A stretch of 64,000 bases of DNA from an uncultured Bacilli bacterium (GTDB taxonomy: Bacteria; Bacillota_I; Bacilli_A; RF39; UBA660). Positions 50,598 to 62,360 of the stretch are shown piece by piece. The notes beneath the pieces are model-generated. The model was not told the origin of the DNA. It did not search any database and saw only the letters and a list, made by a program, of their open reading frames with translations. Each line of letters starts with the position of its first letter. Positions within the stretch are counted from its first letter, which is position 1. The stretch covers positions 19,828-83,827 of the forward strand of contig CAJUIY010000001.1 in assembly GCA_910586865.1 (NCBI GenBank), written 5' to 3'. The position numbers and the translations under genes were made by a program.

Positions 50598-52259
50598 TTA
50601 GTCTGCATGGAAACAACTATTACCAATAAACTCTCTGATAATAGAATCATCTGGTATTGCGTCTGAAGGAATCGGTAAGAATAATCTTAAGAAATCAATT
50701 AGTCGTTTTGCTTCTTCATAATATTCATCATCCTCATCTACCATATATAAAAGTGGCTCAACATAAGTCTTTAATACTCCTATTTCATATATCAAACCTG
50801 TGTTGAAGGTAAAATCAGCATCATCTTGATATGGAAATATGTATTTTTCCTCCCCTCTTCTTACATCTTTCCAAGAAGAAAGAGTTCTAGTAACATCATA
50901 GCCTCTAGTTCTATTATCTCTAATCATTCTTCTTAATAGACGATTATCACTAGTAGAAATTCGATTATGATTATCAATATTTAATTCTGTCAAGGCAGAT
51001 AAGTATATCTTATATTTGCACTCTCTTTTAATATTGGTAAGTACATTCGTATCAAGTGCATGAATTCCTTCTATAACTAATAGTTCATTTTCTTCTAGCT
51101 TTACCTTTTCTTTATATTCTTTTTTTCCTAAAATAAAACTATAGGTTGGTATCGTTACTTCTTCATGATTTAATAACTTTTCAATCTGGTCATCAAATAA
51201 TTTTAAATCAACGGCTTCTAAACATTCGAAATCTGGTTTTCCATCTTTATCTAGTGGTGTTTCTTCTTTTTCTACAAAATAATCATCCATCGAGATTGGT
51301 CGAATTTTCATACCAAAACTTCTTAAATACATCGATAATTTTCTGGAAGAAGTTGTTTTTCCACTAGAGGATGGCCCTGCGATTAAGATAATTTTAATTT
51401 TATCCCTGTTCTTACTAATCTCTTTGGCAACAGAAAGAAGTCGATTACTTTGTAACACCTCATCTATTCTTATCAAATCTGCTATTTTACCACTGGATAC
51501 TACTTTATTCAAATCCACTGCATTTTCTATTTTCATAATCTTTGCCCATTCTCTATATTCATGGAATACCGAAAACATATGGGGATGATGTTCGTACTTT
51601 TTAATTTTATCGGGAATATATGTGGTTGGAAATTGCAATATAAACCCATTATCACCAATATAGGTAAGATCAAATGCTTTTAGTTTGCCAGTAGAAGTTG
51701 GCATCATTGTATAAAAATAATTATAGAGATTTCCCATTCGATATAGAGTTATATAAGTATTGGTATTATATTTTAATATACCCGCTTTGGCATAATCCTT
51801 TACACTTTCAAAATATTTAATTGCTTCTATTCTGTCAATTGTCAATCTAGCAATCTCTAAATCATTTGTCACTAATTTTTGCATCTCTGATTTTATTTGT
51901 TCAAGTATCTGTTCATTTAAATCAAAGTTTGTTTCAATATAAAGCCCTTTATCAAGAGAGTGTTGAACATAAATATTGGCATTTGGTCCAAATAAACTCT
52001 TAACTGCATATATAATTAAATAAGTCAAACCAGAAATATGCACACGGTTCCCCTCTCTTGACGTTAAATCTAGAAATTCAATAGTAGCATCTTTAGAAAG
52101 TGTCGTCCCCATCTCTTTTAATGTATTCCCAACACGTGCTAGTATAATGGGATATTTATAAGAATCCATGAACTCTTTGGATACTTCTTCTAAACTCATT
52201 TCTCTTGGATATTCATATGTTTTATTATTTATCGTTAATATAATATTATCATTCATCAA
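50598..52259 (-). CDS. uridine kinase / PRK-family P-loop kinase with long N-terminal extension
   Basis: Walker A IAGPSSSGKTTSS, 553 aa. Confidence 0.55.
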   Translation of the reverse strand: MMNDNIILTINNKTYEYPREMSLEEVSKEFMDSYKYPIILARVGNTLKEMGTTLSKDATIEFLDLTSREGNRVHISGLTYLIIYAVKSLFGPNANIYVQHSLDKGLYIETNFDLNEQILEQIKSEMQKLVTNDLEIARLTIDRIEAIKYFESVKDYAKAGILKYNTNTYITLYRMGNLYNYFYTMMPTSTGKLKAFDLTYIGDNGFILQFPTTYIPDKIKKYEHHPHMFSVFHEYREWAKIMKIENAVDLNKVVSSGKIADLIRIDEVLQSNRLLSVAKEISKNRDKIKIILIAGPSSSGKTTSSRKLSMYLRSFGMKIRPISMDDYFVEKEETPLDKDGKPDFECLEAVDLKLFDDQIEKLLNHEEVTIPTYSFILGKKEYKEKVKLEENELLVIEGIHALDTNVLTNIKRECKYKIYLSALTELNIDNHNRISTSDNRLLRRMIRDNRTRGYDVTRTLSSWKDVRRGEEKYIFPYQDDADFTFNTGLIYEIGVLKTYVEPLLYMVDEDDEYYEEAKRLIDFLRLFLPIPSDAIPDDSIIREFIGNSCFHAD

Positions 52260-52362
52260 ATCACCCTTTGCCTATCTTATATAACATTATAGCATATTTT
52301 GACGATTTGCAATATGTATATTTTTACGTTTTCAAAACTATAATAAAACTGGGTGATAAAAA

Positions 52363-52947
52363 ATGAGTTTAGTACCAGTAATTGTAGAAAAAGAAGCAAA
52401 CGGAGAAAGAAGTTATGATATTTTCTCAAAATTATTAAAAGAAAGAATTATACTATTAACTGGAGAAATAAATGATGCAACTGCAAATGTAATTGTTGCT
52501 CAATTATTATATCTTGATTCCCTTGGTAATAAAGATATATCCTTATATATAAACTCACCGGGTGGATCGATTACTGCAGGAATGGCTATTTATGATACCA
52601 TGAATTTTATCAAAAGTGATGTTTCTACTATTTGTATTGGAATGGCGGCTTCAATGGGAGCTTTCCTACTATCTTCTGGGCAAAAAGGAAAAAGATATGC
52701 TTTACCTAATTCTGAAATTATGATTCATCAACCTCTTGGTGGTGCGGAAGGACAAGCTACGGAAATTAAAATTGCAGCGGAGCATATTTTAAAATCACGT
52801 GACAAATTAAATAAAATTCTTTCTGAAAATTGTAATCAAAATATTAAAACAATTGAACAGGATACGGAACGAGATAATTTCATGGATTCAAAAGATGCAT
52901 TAGACTATGGATTAATCGATAAAATAATAGAAAAAGCTAGCTCTTAA
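52363..52947 (+). CDS. clpP: ATP-dependent Clp protease proteolytic subunit
   Basis: Catalytic region [11 protein letters not shown]…IMIHQPLGG. Confidence 0.95.
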   Translation: MSLVPVIVEKEANGERSYDIFSKLLKERIILLTGEINDATANVIVAQLLYLDSLGNKDISLYINSPGGSITAGMAIYDTMNFIKSDVSTICIGMAASMGAFLLSSGQKGKRYALPNSEIMIHQPLGGAEGQATEIKIAAEHILKSRDKLNKILSENCNQNIKTIEQDTERDNFMDSKDALDYGLIDKIIEKASS

Positions 52948-53863
52948 ATTTAGAGGCTAGCTCTGCTATTTTCCGAAAACGATGATTCAGGCCTGATTTT
53001 GTAATAGATTTTCCTGTCTCCATAGATAAAATACTACTTAATTCTTTCAAGGAAGCTTCCGGATATTTTTTTCGATATTCCAAAGCTTCTTTTGTTTTGT
53101 CATCTAATAATTCAACAGCCACATTTTCTTCTAATATTTCAATATTTTTTAATTGAATGGTGGCAGCTTCTACTATTTTATCTGTATTTGCTTGTTCACA
53201 ATTATTTAATCGATTCGTATGATTTTTCTTATCATGATAAATTCTAACATTTTCAAAATAGAGAGTCGCTTGCATAGCACCTATCATTTTTAAAAAATCA
53301 CTTATTTTTTCTGCTTCCTTTATATAAATCATATATCCCTTATCTCTATTTAATATTTTAGCATTTAACTCATATTGGTTTAATATTTTTTGAACAAAAA
53401 TAGCTTCCTCTGGTTTTGCTATTACTATTTCCATATGATATTGTGAAGTTTGTGGATCATTAATACTTCCTTGTGATAAAAATACACCTCTTAAATAAGC
53501 TTTTTCTTCTTCGGTAGAGCCTGTAATATACTCTGGTGGTATTTCTAAATACTTTAAATCTTCACCATAATAACCTAGGTCTTTTAAAATAATTTGGGAT
53601 TTTTCTTCTACTCTTATTACATATAAATCCCTTTTGCTAAAATTAAGACCAGGTTTGATATCAATTGAAACTTCAACATGATATAAATTCATAAAAGATT
53701 TTTCTAACATCTCTTTCATATAAATATTTTCTGTTGAAAGACAAAAAACATCATTATTAAAATAACCACTGTTTCTAATAAATCCTGACAATAAAGCAAT
53801 CGTTTCTGATTTCTGTATTTCCATTTTTAATAATTCATTTTTTATTTTTGTTGTATATGACAT
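52937..53863 (-). CDS. whiA: sporulation/cell-division transcriptional regulator WhiA
   Basis: Size, the position downstream of yvcK, and a C-terminal HTH region. Confidence 0.8.
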   Translation of the reverse strand: MSYTTKIKNELLKMEIQKSETIALLSGFIRNSGYFNNDVFCLSTENIYMKEMLEKSFMNLYHVEVSIDIKPGLNFSKRDLYVIRVEEKSQIILKDLGYYGEDLKYLEIPPEYITGSTEEEKAYLRGVFLSQGSINDPQTSQYHMEIVIAKPEEAIFVQKILNQYELNAKILNRDKGYMIYIKEAEKISDFLKMIGAMQATLYFENVRIYHDKKNHTNRLNNCEQANTDKIVEAATIQLKNIEILEENVAVELLDDKTKEALEYRKKYPEASLKELSSILSMETGKSITKSGLNHRFRKIAELASKFKS

Positions 53864-53868
53864 ACTCT

Positions 53869-54828
53869 CTACCTCATTAAATAAGAAAAAATTAAAGAAC
53901 TAAGTTTTAAACTGTTATGTCTAATCGTGTTATCGTCAACAACGATTAAATCATCCTCTATCAATTCGACATCAAGATGATCGAGTTTCGCATAATCAAT
54001 CTTTACTGGGTCTTTATCCTCTTCCTTTTCATACTTTTTTACTATATCCTTAGCAATAACAGAATTACTTGCTATTACAACATCAATGTGCCTTTTATTT
54101 AAGTATCTATTTAACATTTCTACATGATCTCCAACGGTAAAGTAATCGGTCTCTCCTGGCTGAGTAACGGCATTACACAAATACATAATTGGAGCTTTTG
54201 ACCTATCAAAAGCATTGCATACATCTCTACATATGATATTAGGTAAAATACTTGTATATAGACTACCCATACTAAGTATAATAAGATCTGCCTCTTCAAT
54301 TCCCGTTATTACTTCTTCTAAAACTTTAGGTTCTTTTTTATAACAAATGTATTCAATAATTCCTTCCGACTTTGTAATTTGCTCTTCTCCTTCAATCTCA
54401 TTACCATTTTTATCAATTCCAACTAGTTCTAGATTTGCTTCTTCTGAAAGAGGAAGTACCGTATGCCTCACATCTAAAAGTTTCGATAGACAAGCAATAG
54501 ATTCTTTTAAAGAACCTGTTATTTCTAGCATGGAAGTTAATATTAAATTACCTACTGCATGTCCATTTAAATCACTAGAAGTTCGAAATCGGTATTCCAT
54601 CATCTTCTTGATTGGATCATCGATTGTTGATAAATTAGTAATTACCTTTCTAATATCTCCCACTGCAGGAGTATGAAATTCTTTCCTTAATTTACCAGTG
54701 GAACTACCATTATCTGCTACCGTGATAATGGCTGTAATATCTAGAGGAAAGTCCTTTAATCCTCTTAACAAACAACTCATTCCAGTACCTCCACCTAGTA
54801 CTACAACTTTTTTATACATCTTCATCAC
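53869..54828 (-). CDS. yvcK: gluconeogenesis factor YvcK (UPF0052/CofD-like)
   Basis: VVVLGGGTGMSCLLRGLK...AIITVADNGSSTG. Confidence 0.85.
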   Translation of the reverse strand: MMKMYKKVVVLGGGTGMSCLLRGLKDFPLDITAIITVADNGSSTGKLRKEFHTPAVGDIRKVITNLSTIDDPIKKMMEYRFRTSSDLNGHAVGNLILTSMLEITGSLKESIACLSKLLDVRHTVLPLSEEANLELVGIDKNGNEIEGEEQITKSEGIIEYICYKKEPKVLEEVITGIEEADLIILSMGSLYTSILPNIICRDVCNAFDRSKAPIMYLCNAVTQPGETDYFTVGDHVEMLNRYLNKRHIDVVIASNSVIAKDIVKKYEKEEDKDPVKIDYAKLDHLDVELIEDDLIVVDDNTIRHNSLKLSSLIFSYLMR

Positions 54829-54862
54829 CTATTGATAGTATATAAAAAAAAACAACGAATTA

Positions 54863-55720
54863 CTACTGAATTTCTGATTCTTTTACAAATAGAGGATGTT
54901 CTTCTTTCTTTTCTGGCTCATTATAATTATATAAATATTCTGAAAAGTTCCCTACTCTTTTAATAAACTTATAATAGATAAACAAGAATACGCCTAATAT
55001 TATCATAATAATCGATGCTAGTTGTGCAACTTTAAGATTATTCATCATTAAGCTATCCACACGCATCCCTTCAATAATGAATCTTGCAGCAGAATACCAT
55101 ACAAGATAAAATCCTGATAATTGACCTATTTTTAAATATGGATATCGTCTAATAATTAATAATGCAACAAATCCAAAAAGATTCCACATAGATTCAAAGA
55201 AAAAGGTGGGCTCTCTGTATTCGCCTAAAATAAACATACCATCGACAACAAATTTAGGTATCCCCATAGATTGTAATTTCGTTGCTGTTGTGATAGCACC
55301 ATAGGCTTCTTGATTAAAAAAGTTTCCCCATCTTCCTATTGCTTGCCCAAGTATCAATCCTACAACAATAATATCAAATATTTTTAGTGGTTTGATTCTA
55401 TTTTTTCTACATTGATATAGGACAACCAAACAACCAGCAATCAATCCTCCATGAATCGCCAAACCACCATTCCATATTTCTAATATCTCAATTGGGTTTG
55501 CCTTATAATAGTCTAAATTAAAAAGTACATAATAAAGCCTTGCTCCAATCACTCCAAATATAATGGAATTAAAGGCCAAATTTAACATAAATTCTTGATC
55601 TATCTTTCTTCTTTTTGATTCTAAATATATCGTAATACATCCTGCTAGTATCCCCAAAAATATAAAGATGGAATACCAATATACTTGTATAATACCTAAA
55701 TCTAACGCTACTCTATCCAT
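54863..55720 (-). CDS. lgt: prolipoprotein diacylglyceryl transferase
   Basis: GRWGNFFNQE signature; polytopic membrane protein. Confidence 0.9.
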   Translation of the reverse strand: MDRVALDLGIIQVYWYSIFIFLGILAGCITIYLESKRRKIDQEFMLNLAFNSIIFGVIGARLYYVLFNLDYYKANPIEILEIWNGGLAIHGGLIAGCLVVLYQCRKNRIKPLKIFDIIVVGLILGQAIGRWGNFFNQEAYGAITTATKLQSMGIPKFVVDGMFILGEYREPTFFFESMWNLFGFVALLIIRRYPYLKIGQLSGFYLVWYSAARFIIEGMRVDSLMMNNLKVAQLASIIMIILGVFLFIYYKFIKRVGNFSEYLYNYNEPEKKEEHPLFVKESEIQ

Positions 55721-56141
55721 TCTTATTTACCCTCTTTATAATTGGTTTAATGATTATATTTTCCACCATAAGATTCGTAATAGAAAGTAATATGGCAACA
55801 ATTAAAGATATAAACAGTCCATGTAATTGAAAATGAGGTCCTAAAATCCAGTCTACTAATTTCAAAATAAATAAATTAATAAATGGATAAAATAGGCCTA
55901 AGGTCAAACCAGTGATTGGAATCGTAAGTGTAACTAAAATTGGTTTTACCGTTTTATTTAAAAAGTAAATCATTAATACAATGATAACAGAATAAATATA
56001 GGAATGTTCTAAATCAATATAAACACTCTTAAACATATTCGTTACAATAATAAATACTACGGTATAGCCAAATATATAAAGTACCCAATCTAAAAATTTA
56101 CTAATTACAAAACCATTTTTACTATCTTTAACTAAATGCAT
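55713..56141 (-). CDS. DUF360/YvlD-like four-helix membrane protein (phage holin IV-like superfamily)
   Basis: VTLTIPITGLTLGLFYPFINLFILKL...GPHFQLHG pattern. Confidence 0.5.
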   Translation of the reverse strand: MHLVKDSKNGFVISKFLDWVLYIFGYTVVFIIVTNMFKSVYIDLEHSYIYSVIIVLMIYFLNKTVKPILVTLTIPITGLTLGLFYPFINLFILKLVDWILGPHFQLHGLFISLIVAILLSITNLMVENIIIKPIIKRVNKNG

Positions 56142-56151
56142 ATTATCACCT

Positions 56152-58965
56152 CTAAAGAATCTTATGAAGGAAAGAACCAGTGTATGATTTTTCTACTTTA
56201 CTTACCTCTTCTGGTGTACCTGTTGCTACAATACTTCCACCATTATCTCCACCTTCTGGTCCTAAATCGATAATATAGTCAGCAACTTTAATAACATCTA
56301 AATTATGCTCTATTACTATTACTGTATCACCATTATCTACTATTTTCTCTAAAATTGCAAGTAGTCTTTTTATATCATCTGAATGTAAACCTGTAGTTGG
56401 CTCATCTAAAACAAATAATGTCTTTCCTGTTGCCTTCTTTTGTAATTCTTTCGCAAGTTTCACTCTTTCGGCCTCTCCTCCAGAAAGTGTTGGTGCACTT
56501 TGTCCTAATTTAATATAGCCAAGCCCAACTTCTTCTAATACTTTCAACTTATTCTTTATTTTTGGGACATTTTCAAAAAATTCTAATGCTTCTTTGACTC
56601 TCATATCTAAAACTTCTGCGATATTTTTACCCTTATATTTTACTTTAAGGGTTTCGCTATTATAACGAGTTCCATGACAAACTTCACAATCCACATAAAC
56701 ATCTGGTAAAAAGTGCATTTCAATTTTCTTTACACCATCTCCACGACAAGCTTCACATCTTCCTCCTTTTACATTGAAAGAAAAACGATTTTTCTCATAA
56801 CCATACATTTTTGCTTCTTTCGTAGTCGTATAAAGTGTTCTAATATCATCAAACACCCCTGTATAAGTAGCTGGATTACTTCGTGGTGTTCTTCCAATAG
56901 GACTTTGAGAAATATCTACAATTTTATCAATGTTATTTAATCCGTTTATTTTTTTATGTTTTCCAGAAATCACTTTCGATTGGTATAGTTTTTTAGATAC
57001 TTCTTTGCAAAGGATTTCATTAATTAAAGTGGATTTTCCACTACCAGATACCCCTGTAATACAAGTAAAGGTTCCTAAAGGTATTTTTACATCAATATTT
57101 TTTAGATTATTTTCTTCGGCTCCTACTATTGTTAAAAACTTTTTATTTCCTTTTCTTCTTTTTGTTGGAATGTCTATCTTTAATTTTCCACTAAGATATT
57201 TTCCAGTAATACTATTTTCATTTTCCATTACTTCTTTTGGTGTACCACTAGCCATAATCTCTCCACCCTGATCTCCAGCACCAGGTCCAATATCTACTAA
57301 CATATCTGCTGCCAACATCGTATCCGTATCATGTTCCACCACAATTAATGTATTTCCTAAATCTCTCATTTCCAGTAATGATTTGATTAGCATTTCATTA
57401 TCTCTTTGATGAAGTCCAATACTAGGTTCATCTAAAACATACAAAACACCTGTTAACTTAGATCCAATTTGAGTGGCCAATCGAATTCTTTGTGCTTCTC
57501 CCCCTGACAAAGTAGCAGCACTTCTCGATAGTGTTAAATATCCTAAACCTACATTTTGCAAAAATGATAATCTAGCAATAATTTCTTTTACTACTAAATT
57601 TGCGATTTGTTTTTTCTCTTCAGATAACTCTAATTGATTAAAAAATACTAATAAATCTTTAATACTCATACAAGTTACTTCATATATATTTTTTTTATTA
57701 ATTTTAATTTGTAAAATATCATCGCTTAATCTAGCCCCATGGCAAGATTCACAAGTGTGCTCTATCATATAATTCGAAATCCATTCTCGAATCCATTTAC
57801 TACTTGTTTCCATATAACGTCGTTCTAAATTATTAATGATACCTTCATAGAAATCTTTGTTATTCATAATATTTCCACTTTTTGTTGTATAATGATATGT
57901 TATCATTTCATCGGATCCATATAAAACAATATGCTGTTCTTTACTAGAAAGTTTTTTAAATGGTTTATTCATATCAATTTTATAATGTTTACAACAACAT
58001 TCTAATTTTTTATAGTAAATTCCATCTTGATCATCACTTAACGTCTTGATACAACCTTCATTAATACTTAGACTTTTATCTGGTATGACTAAATCTTCAT
58101 CCATTCTCAACTTGATACCTAATCCCTTACATTCAGGACAAGCTCCAAAAGGAGCATTAAAACTAAATACTCTAGGCTCTATTTCTGGAAGAGAAAAAGA
58201 ACAATAAGGACATGCAAAGTTTTCAGAGAATACCACTTCTTTTTTATTCTCTCCTAATATTTCTACTACTACTTTTCCATGAGACAATTTTACAGCTTGT
58301 TCGATTGCCTCACTTAATCTAGATTTAGAATCTTCTTTTAAAACAATTCGATCAATTACAACATCAATATCATCCTGTTTATTTTTCTCTAACGTTATGT
58401 CATCGGATAAATCGTACATCTTTTGATTCACTCTAACTCGAATATATCCATCTTTTCTCAAATCCTCTAATAAATCTTTGTGAGTTCCCTTTTCATGATG
58501 AACAACAGGGGAATAAATAATAAGTTTCGTATTCAAAGGATATTCTAAGACCTTATTTGTAATTTCTTCTACACTTTGCGAGGTAATAGGAATATTATGA
58601 TTTGGACAATAAGCCGTTCCAACACGAGCAAATAAAAGTCTCAAATAATCATAAATTTCAGTTACCGTTCCAACAGTAGACCTAGGATTTTTACTTGTTG
58701 TTTTTTGATCAATACTGATAGCTGGAGATAAACCCTCTATACTATCCACATCTGGTTTTTCACTACCACCTAAAAATTGTCTAGCATAACTAGATAAACT
58801 CTCTACATATCTTCTTTGACCTTCTGCATAAATGGTATCAAAAGCCAAACTACTTTTTCCACTTCCTGATAGTCCTGTCATGACGACTAATTTATTTTTT
58901 GGAATCTCAATATTCACATTTTTCAAATTATTTTCTCTAGCACCTTTTACAATAATTTTATCCAT
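56152..58965 (-). CDS. uvrA: excinuclease ABC subunit A
   Basis: Two ABC modules (GLSGSGKSSL, GVSGSGKSTL), zinc-finger cysteines, 937 aa. Confidence 0.95.
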   Translation of the reverse strand: MDKIIVKGARENNLKNVNIEIPKNKLVVMTGLSGSGKSSLAFDTIYAEGQRRYVESLSSYARQFLGGSEKPDVDSIEGLSPAISIDQKTTSKNPRSTVGTVTEIYDYLRLLFARVGTAYCPNHNIPITSQSVEEITNKVLEYPLNTKLIIYSPVVHHEKGTHKDLLEDLRKDGYIRVRVNQKMYDLSDDITLEKNKQDDIDVVIDRIVLKEDSKSRLSEAIEQAVKLSHGKVVVEILGENKKEVVFSENFACPYCSFSLPEIEPRVFSFNAPFGACPECKGLGIKLRMDEDLVIPDKSLSINEGCIKTLSDDQDGIYYKKLECCCKHYKIDMNKPFKKLSSKEQHIVLYGSDEMITYHYTTKSGNIMNNKDFYEGIINNLERRYMETSSKWIREWISNYMIEHTCESCHGARLSDDILQIKINKKNIYEVTCMSIKDLLVFFNQLELSEEKKQIANLVVKEIIARLSFLQNVGLGYLTLSRSAATLSGGEAQRIRLATQIGSKLTGVLYVLDEPSIGLHQRDNEMLIKSLLEMRDLGNTLIVVEHDTDTMLAADMLVDIGPGAGDQGGEIMASGTPKEVMENENSITGKYLSGKLKIDIPTKRRKGNKKFLTIVGAEENNLKNIDVKIPLGTFTCITGVSGSGKSTLINEILCKEVSKKLYQSKVISGKHKKINGLNNIDKIVDISQSPIGRTPRSNPATYTGVFDDIRTLYTTTKEAKMYGYEKNRFSFNVKGGRCEACRGDGVKKIEMHFLPDVYVDCEVCHGTRYNSETLKVKYKGKNIAEVLDMRVKEALEFFENVPKIKNKLKVLEEVGLGYIKLGQSAPTLSGGEAERVKLAKELQKKATGKTLFVLDEPTTGLHSDDIKRLLAILEKIVDNGDTVIVIEHNLDVIKVADYIIDLGPEGGDNGGSIVATGTPEEVSKVEKSYTGSFLHKIL

Positions 58966-59184
58966 AACCTCTTCACCTGCTCCATATTATAACACAAAAC
59001 TATATTTTTATTTCTTTTTTTCCACAAATATTGTGGAAACTTTCTCCCTTACATATACTATACATTGCATACATATGTTTGTCAATTTCTTTTTTATCTT
59101 CTTTCAAAGAAAAAATCCACCGTTTTTGTGAATTTCTTTCCTATAACTATTATAATAAATAAAATTTACTATTCTACTATACTT

Positions 59185-61149
59185 TTAATTTTCTAATTTC
59201 ATCTCAAACAAAATATCACGTAACTCCATAGCTCTTTCAAAATCAAGGTTTTTGGCAGCTTCTCTCATCTGTTGTTCTAACTCTTCGACTTGTTGTTCTT
59301 TTTCCTTCTTTGTAAGTTTTTTTGTTGGTCCTTTTTTACTAGAAGTATCAATATTACTAATGACTTCTCGTATATCTTTTTTAATTGTAGTTGGAGTAAT
59401 ATTATGTTCTTCATTATATTGATTTTGTATTTTACGTCTATTCGCCGTTTCTTCGATAGCAATTTTCATAGAATCTGTAATTTTATCAGCATACATAATG
59501 ACATGACCGTTAACATTTCTTGCACATCTTCCTATGGTTTGAATTAAACTTCTAGTACTTCTTAAGAATCCTTCCTTATCCGCATCTAAAATAGCAATTA
59601 AAGAAACCTCTGGAATATCAATTCCCTCTCTTAAAAGATTAATTCCTACTACTACATCATACTTTCCTACTCTTAAATCATGAATAATTTGCAATCTCTC
59701 TAATGTTTTAATTTCAGAATGAAGATAAGCGACTTTAATATCTAATTCTTTTAAGTAATTGGTTAGCTCCTCACTCATACGAATTGTTAATGTCGTAATT
59801 AAAACTCTCTCATCTTTTTCAATTCTCTCATTAATTTCTCCAACTAAATCATCAATTTGACCTTCTGTTTTTCGAATATCAATAGTAGGATCTAATAATC
59901 CAGTTGGACGAATAATTTGGCTAATGTATTTTCCATCCGTATAAGCGAGTTCCATATCTCCAGGAGTAGCAGAAACAAAGATTGCTTGGTTGATTTTTTT
60001 CTCAAATTCATCATATTGAAGGGGTCGATTATCTAACGCACTAGGAAGACGAAATCCATATTCCACTAGGTTCATCTTACGAGCACGGTCACCATTATAC
60101 ATTCCTCGAACTTGTGGAAGTGTAACATGCGACTCATCGACAACTAATAAATAATCCTCCGGGAAGAAATCCATTAACGTAGTTGGAGTTTCACCCTTAC
60201 TTCTTCCTGCCATTGGAGCCGAATAATTTTCAATTCCTGAACAAAATCCAGTTTCTTCTAACATTTCAATATCGTAATTCGTACGTTGTTCTAATCGCTC
60301 TGCAGCTAGCAACTTATTATCTGCTTTAAGTTCCGTTAATCGTTCTTTTAACTCTATTTTTATCCTTTTTATCGCCTCTTTTAATTTTTCATCACTAACA
60401 ACAAAGTGGCTAGCAGGAAATAAACTAATACTTTTTTTATTGGTTATAATAGCTCCTGTTAAGACATCAATTTCACTAATTCGATCAATTTCCTCTCCAA
60501 AAAATTCAATTCGATACCCAGTTTTATCTTTATTGATAGGAATAATTTCTAATATATCTCCTCTTACCCTAAAAGTGCCACGTTTGAAATCTAAGTCATT
60601 TCTTTCATATAATATATCGACAAGTTTTGTTAATACTTTATTTCGATCAATTTGTTCCCCTACTCCAAGTGTTAACATCTTATTTTTATACTCTTCTACT
60701 TCTCCAATACCATAAATGCAGGATACACTAGCAACCACAATTACATTTCTACCAGAAAGTAAAGCACTTGTTGCATAGTGTCTTAATTCATCAATTTCAT
60801 CATTAATAGAAGAATCTTTTTCAATATAAGTATCCGTAGATGGTACATAAGCTTCTGGTTGGTAATAATCATAGTACGATACAAAATAACAGACTTCCTC
60901 ATTCGGAAACAATTCTTTTAATTCTGAATATAATTGCCCTGCTAAAGTTTTATTATGAGCTAGAACAAGAGTAGGTTTTTGCACACTCTTTATTACATTA
61001 GCAATTGTAAAAGTCTTACCAGTTCCAGTAGCTCCTAATAATACTTGATATTTTTTACCATTGTTAATTCCTTCTGCTAACGCATCAATTGCCTTTGGTT
61101 GATCACCTATTGGCTGAAATTTAGATACTAAATTAAACATCCTTATCAC
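59185..61149 (-). CDS. uvrB: excinuclease ABC subunit B
   Basis: GATGTGKT helicase motif I, C-terminal UVR domain, 654 aa. Confidence 0.95.
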   Translation of the reverse strand: MIRMFNLVSKFQPIGDQPKAIDALAEGINNGKKYQVLLGATGTGKTFTIANVIKSVQKPTLVLAHNKTLAGQLYSELKELFPNEEVCYFVSYYDYYQPEAYVPSTDTYIEKDSSINDEIDELRHYATSALLSGRNVIVVASVSCIYGIGEVEEYKNKMLTLGVGEQIDRNKVLTKLVDILYERNDLDFKRGTFRVRGDILEIIPINKDKTGYRIEFFGEEIDRISEIDVLTGAIITNKKSISLFPASHFVVSDEKLKEAIKRIKIELKERLTELKADNKLLAAERLEQRTNYDIEMLEETGFCSGIENYSAPMAGRSKGETPTTLMDFFPEDYLLVVDESHVTLPQVRGMYNGDRARKMNLVEYGFRLPSALDNRPLQYDEFEKKINQAIFVSATPGDMELAYTDGKYISQIIRPTGLLDPTIDIRKTEGQIDDLVGEINERIEKDERVLITTLTIRMSEELTNYLKELDIKVAYLHSEIKTLERLQIIHDLRVGKYDVVVGINLLREGIDIPEVSLIAILDADKEGFLRSTRSLIQTIGRCARNVNGHVIMYADKITDSMKIAIEETANRRKIQNQYNEEHNITPTTIKKDIREVISNIDTSSKKGPTKKLTKKEKEQQVEELEQQMREAAKNLDFERAMELRDILFEMKLEN

Positions 61150-61769
61150 TTCCTAATTCTATTATGATTATTATCAACCCAATTATTCATCCTTAAATTC
61201 ATCCTAAAACAATATTTTAGTTATTTTAAAAGATTATCATTTATTAAAGACAAATAAAAGCTGCAAATTTCATATTTTAAACTAAATAATACTAAATGAT
61301 ATTAACCATAATTCTAACATTTTTAACTCATAAAAACAAGTTGACTACTAATAATAAATTGAAAGAAAATTCTTTTTCTATATCTCTAATGCCAATGATA
61401 TTATCATTTATTTACATCTAATAGCATACTTAAAAAAAATACTATACATCATTTAGATATGGCCTCCATATCTAAATAGCTGAAATTTCTTTATTTTGCA
61501 ACTATAATTACTATGTAGTTTTCAGTTAAAAAATAATTTTTTAGTATATTAAGAAAAATAGAATTCACAAAATAATATGAACCCTATTTTCCAACTTATT
61601 TAATTTATTTCGGATATCTAATTCTTTTAAGTCTTTTACCTCTATTAATCTGAAATCAATTTATCGAGAAAACAAATTGATTTTTTTCTTTCTAAATTTT
61701 ACTGAGACCTAAAAACCTTAGATACCTTATTCTTTATCTATTATAAATTATCTCCAAAAACTATTATTT

Positions 61770-62360
61770 TTATCTCTTCTTGCACAAAACAACTCTCTTT
61801 TCTTCTTCTTTTATATCGAATTGAATAACATTTCCCGAATCTTCATATTGTATATCAATAGGCTTTTCTCTTTTTTCACTAGATTCAATCTTTTGAATAT
61901 GATACGGATTTAACTCACTAATTGGAAAGCCTATATCTAAAATAGTACTTAAATATTGTTTGTTTAAAACCTCTTTATAAGATTGTAAATCAATTATATT
62001 TTCTGAAGAATCATAACAAAGAACAGAACTTGGAAGACACAATTTAACTTTTCTTGTATCGATAATAAGAATAGCATGGATATCTAAGTTATTTTTTTCT
62101 ATATATTTATAACACATGTTCTGTGAAAATGGAGAATTTAAAATACGATTTACTTGATGAGTAAATTTTTCATCCATTCCATAATCATACTTTACATGAA
62201 TAGGATATTCTCTGAATCCACATAAAAAGTAATACTCATTATGATCTGTTACTAGACGTGCTGTATTTCTACCATAAGTATAATATCCTATCTTTTTACT
62301 AAAATCAGTTCCCAATTTTTGAAGTAGATTTTGTTTTGAATCATATTCACAAAATAACAT
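61770..62360 (-). CDS. hypothetical protein (196 aa)
   Basis: ORF only, flanked by long AT-rich non-coding DNA. Confidence 0.3.
   Translation of the reverse strand: MLFCEYDSKQNLLQKLGTDFSKKIGYYTYGRNTARLVTDHNEYYFLCGFREYPIHVKYDYGMDEKFTHQVNRILNSPFSQNMCYKYIEKNNLDIHAILIIDTRKVKLCLPSSVLCYDSSENIIDLQSYKEVLNKQYLSTILDIGFPISELNPYHIQKIESSEKREKPIDIQYEDSGNVIQFDIKEEEKRVVLCKKR

Noticed and set aside
52260-52362. CtsR operator upstream of clpP
   Set aside because: Only a weak TTTGAC-gat-TTTGCAA resemblance to the tandem GGTCAAA heptads; not convincing by eye.
61150-61350. LexA/Cheo box (GAAC-N4-GTTC) upstream of uvrB, and in the uvrB-uvrA spacer
   Set aside because: No GAAC...GTTC pair found in either region.
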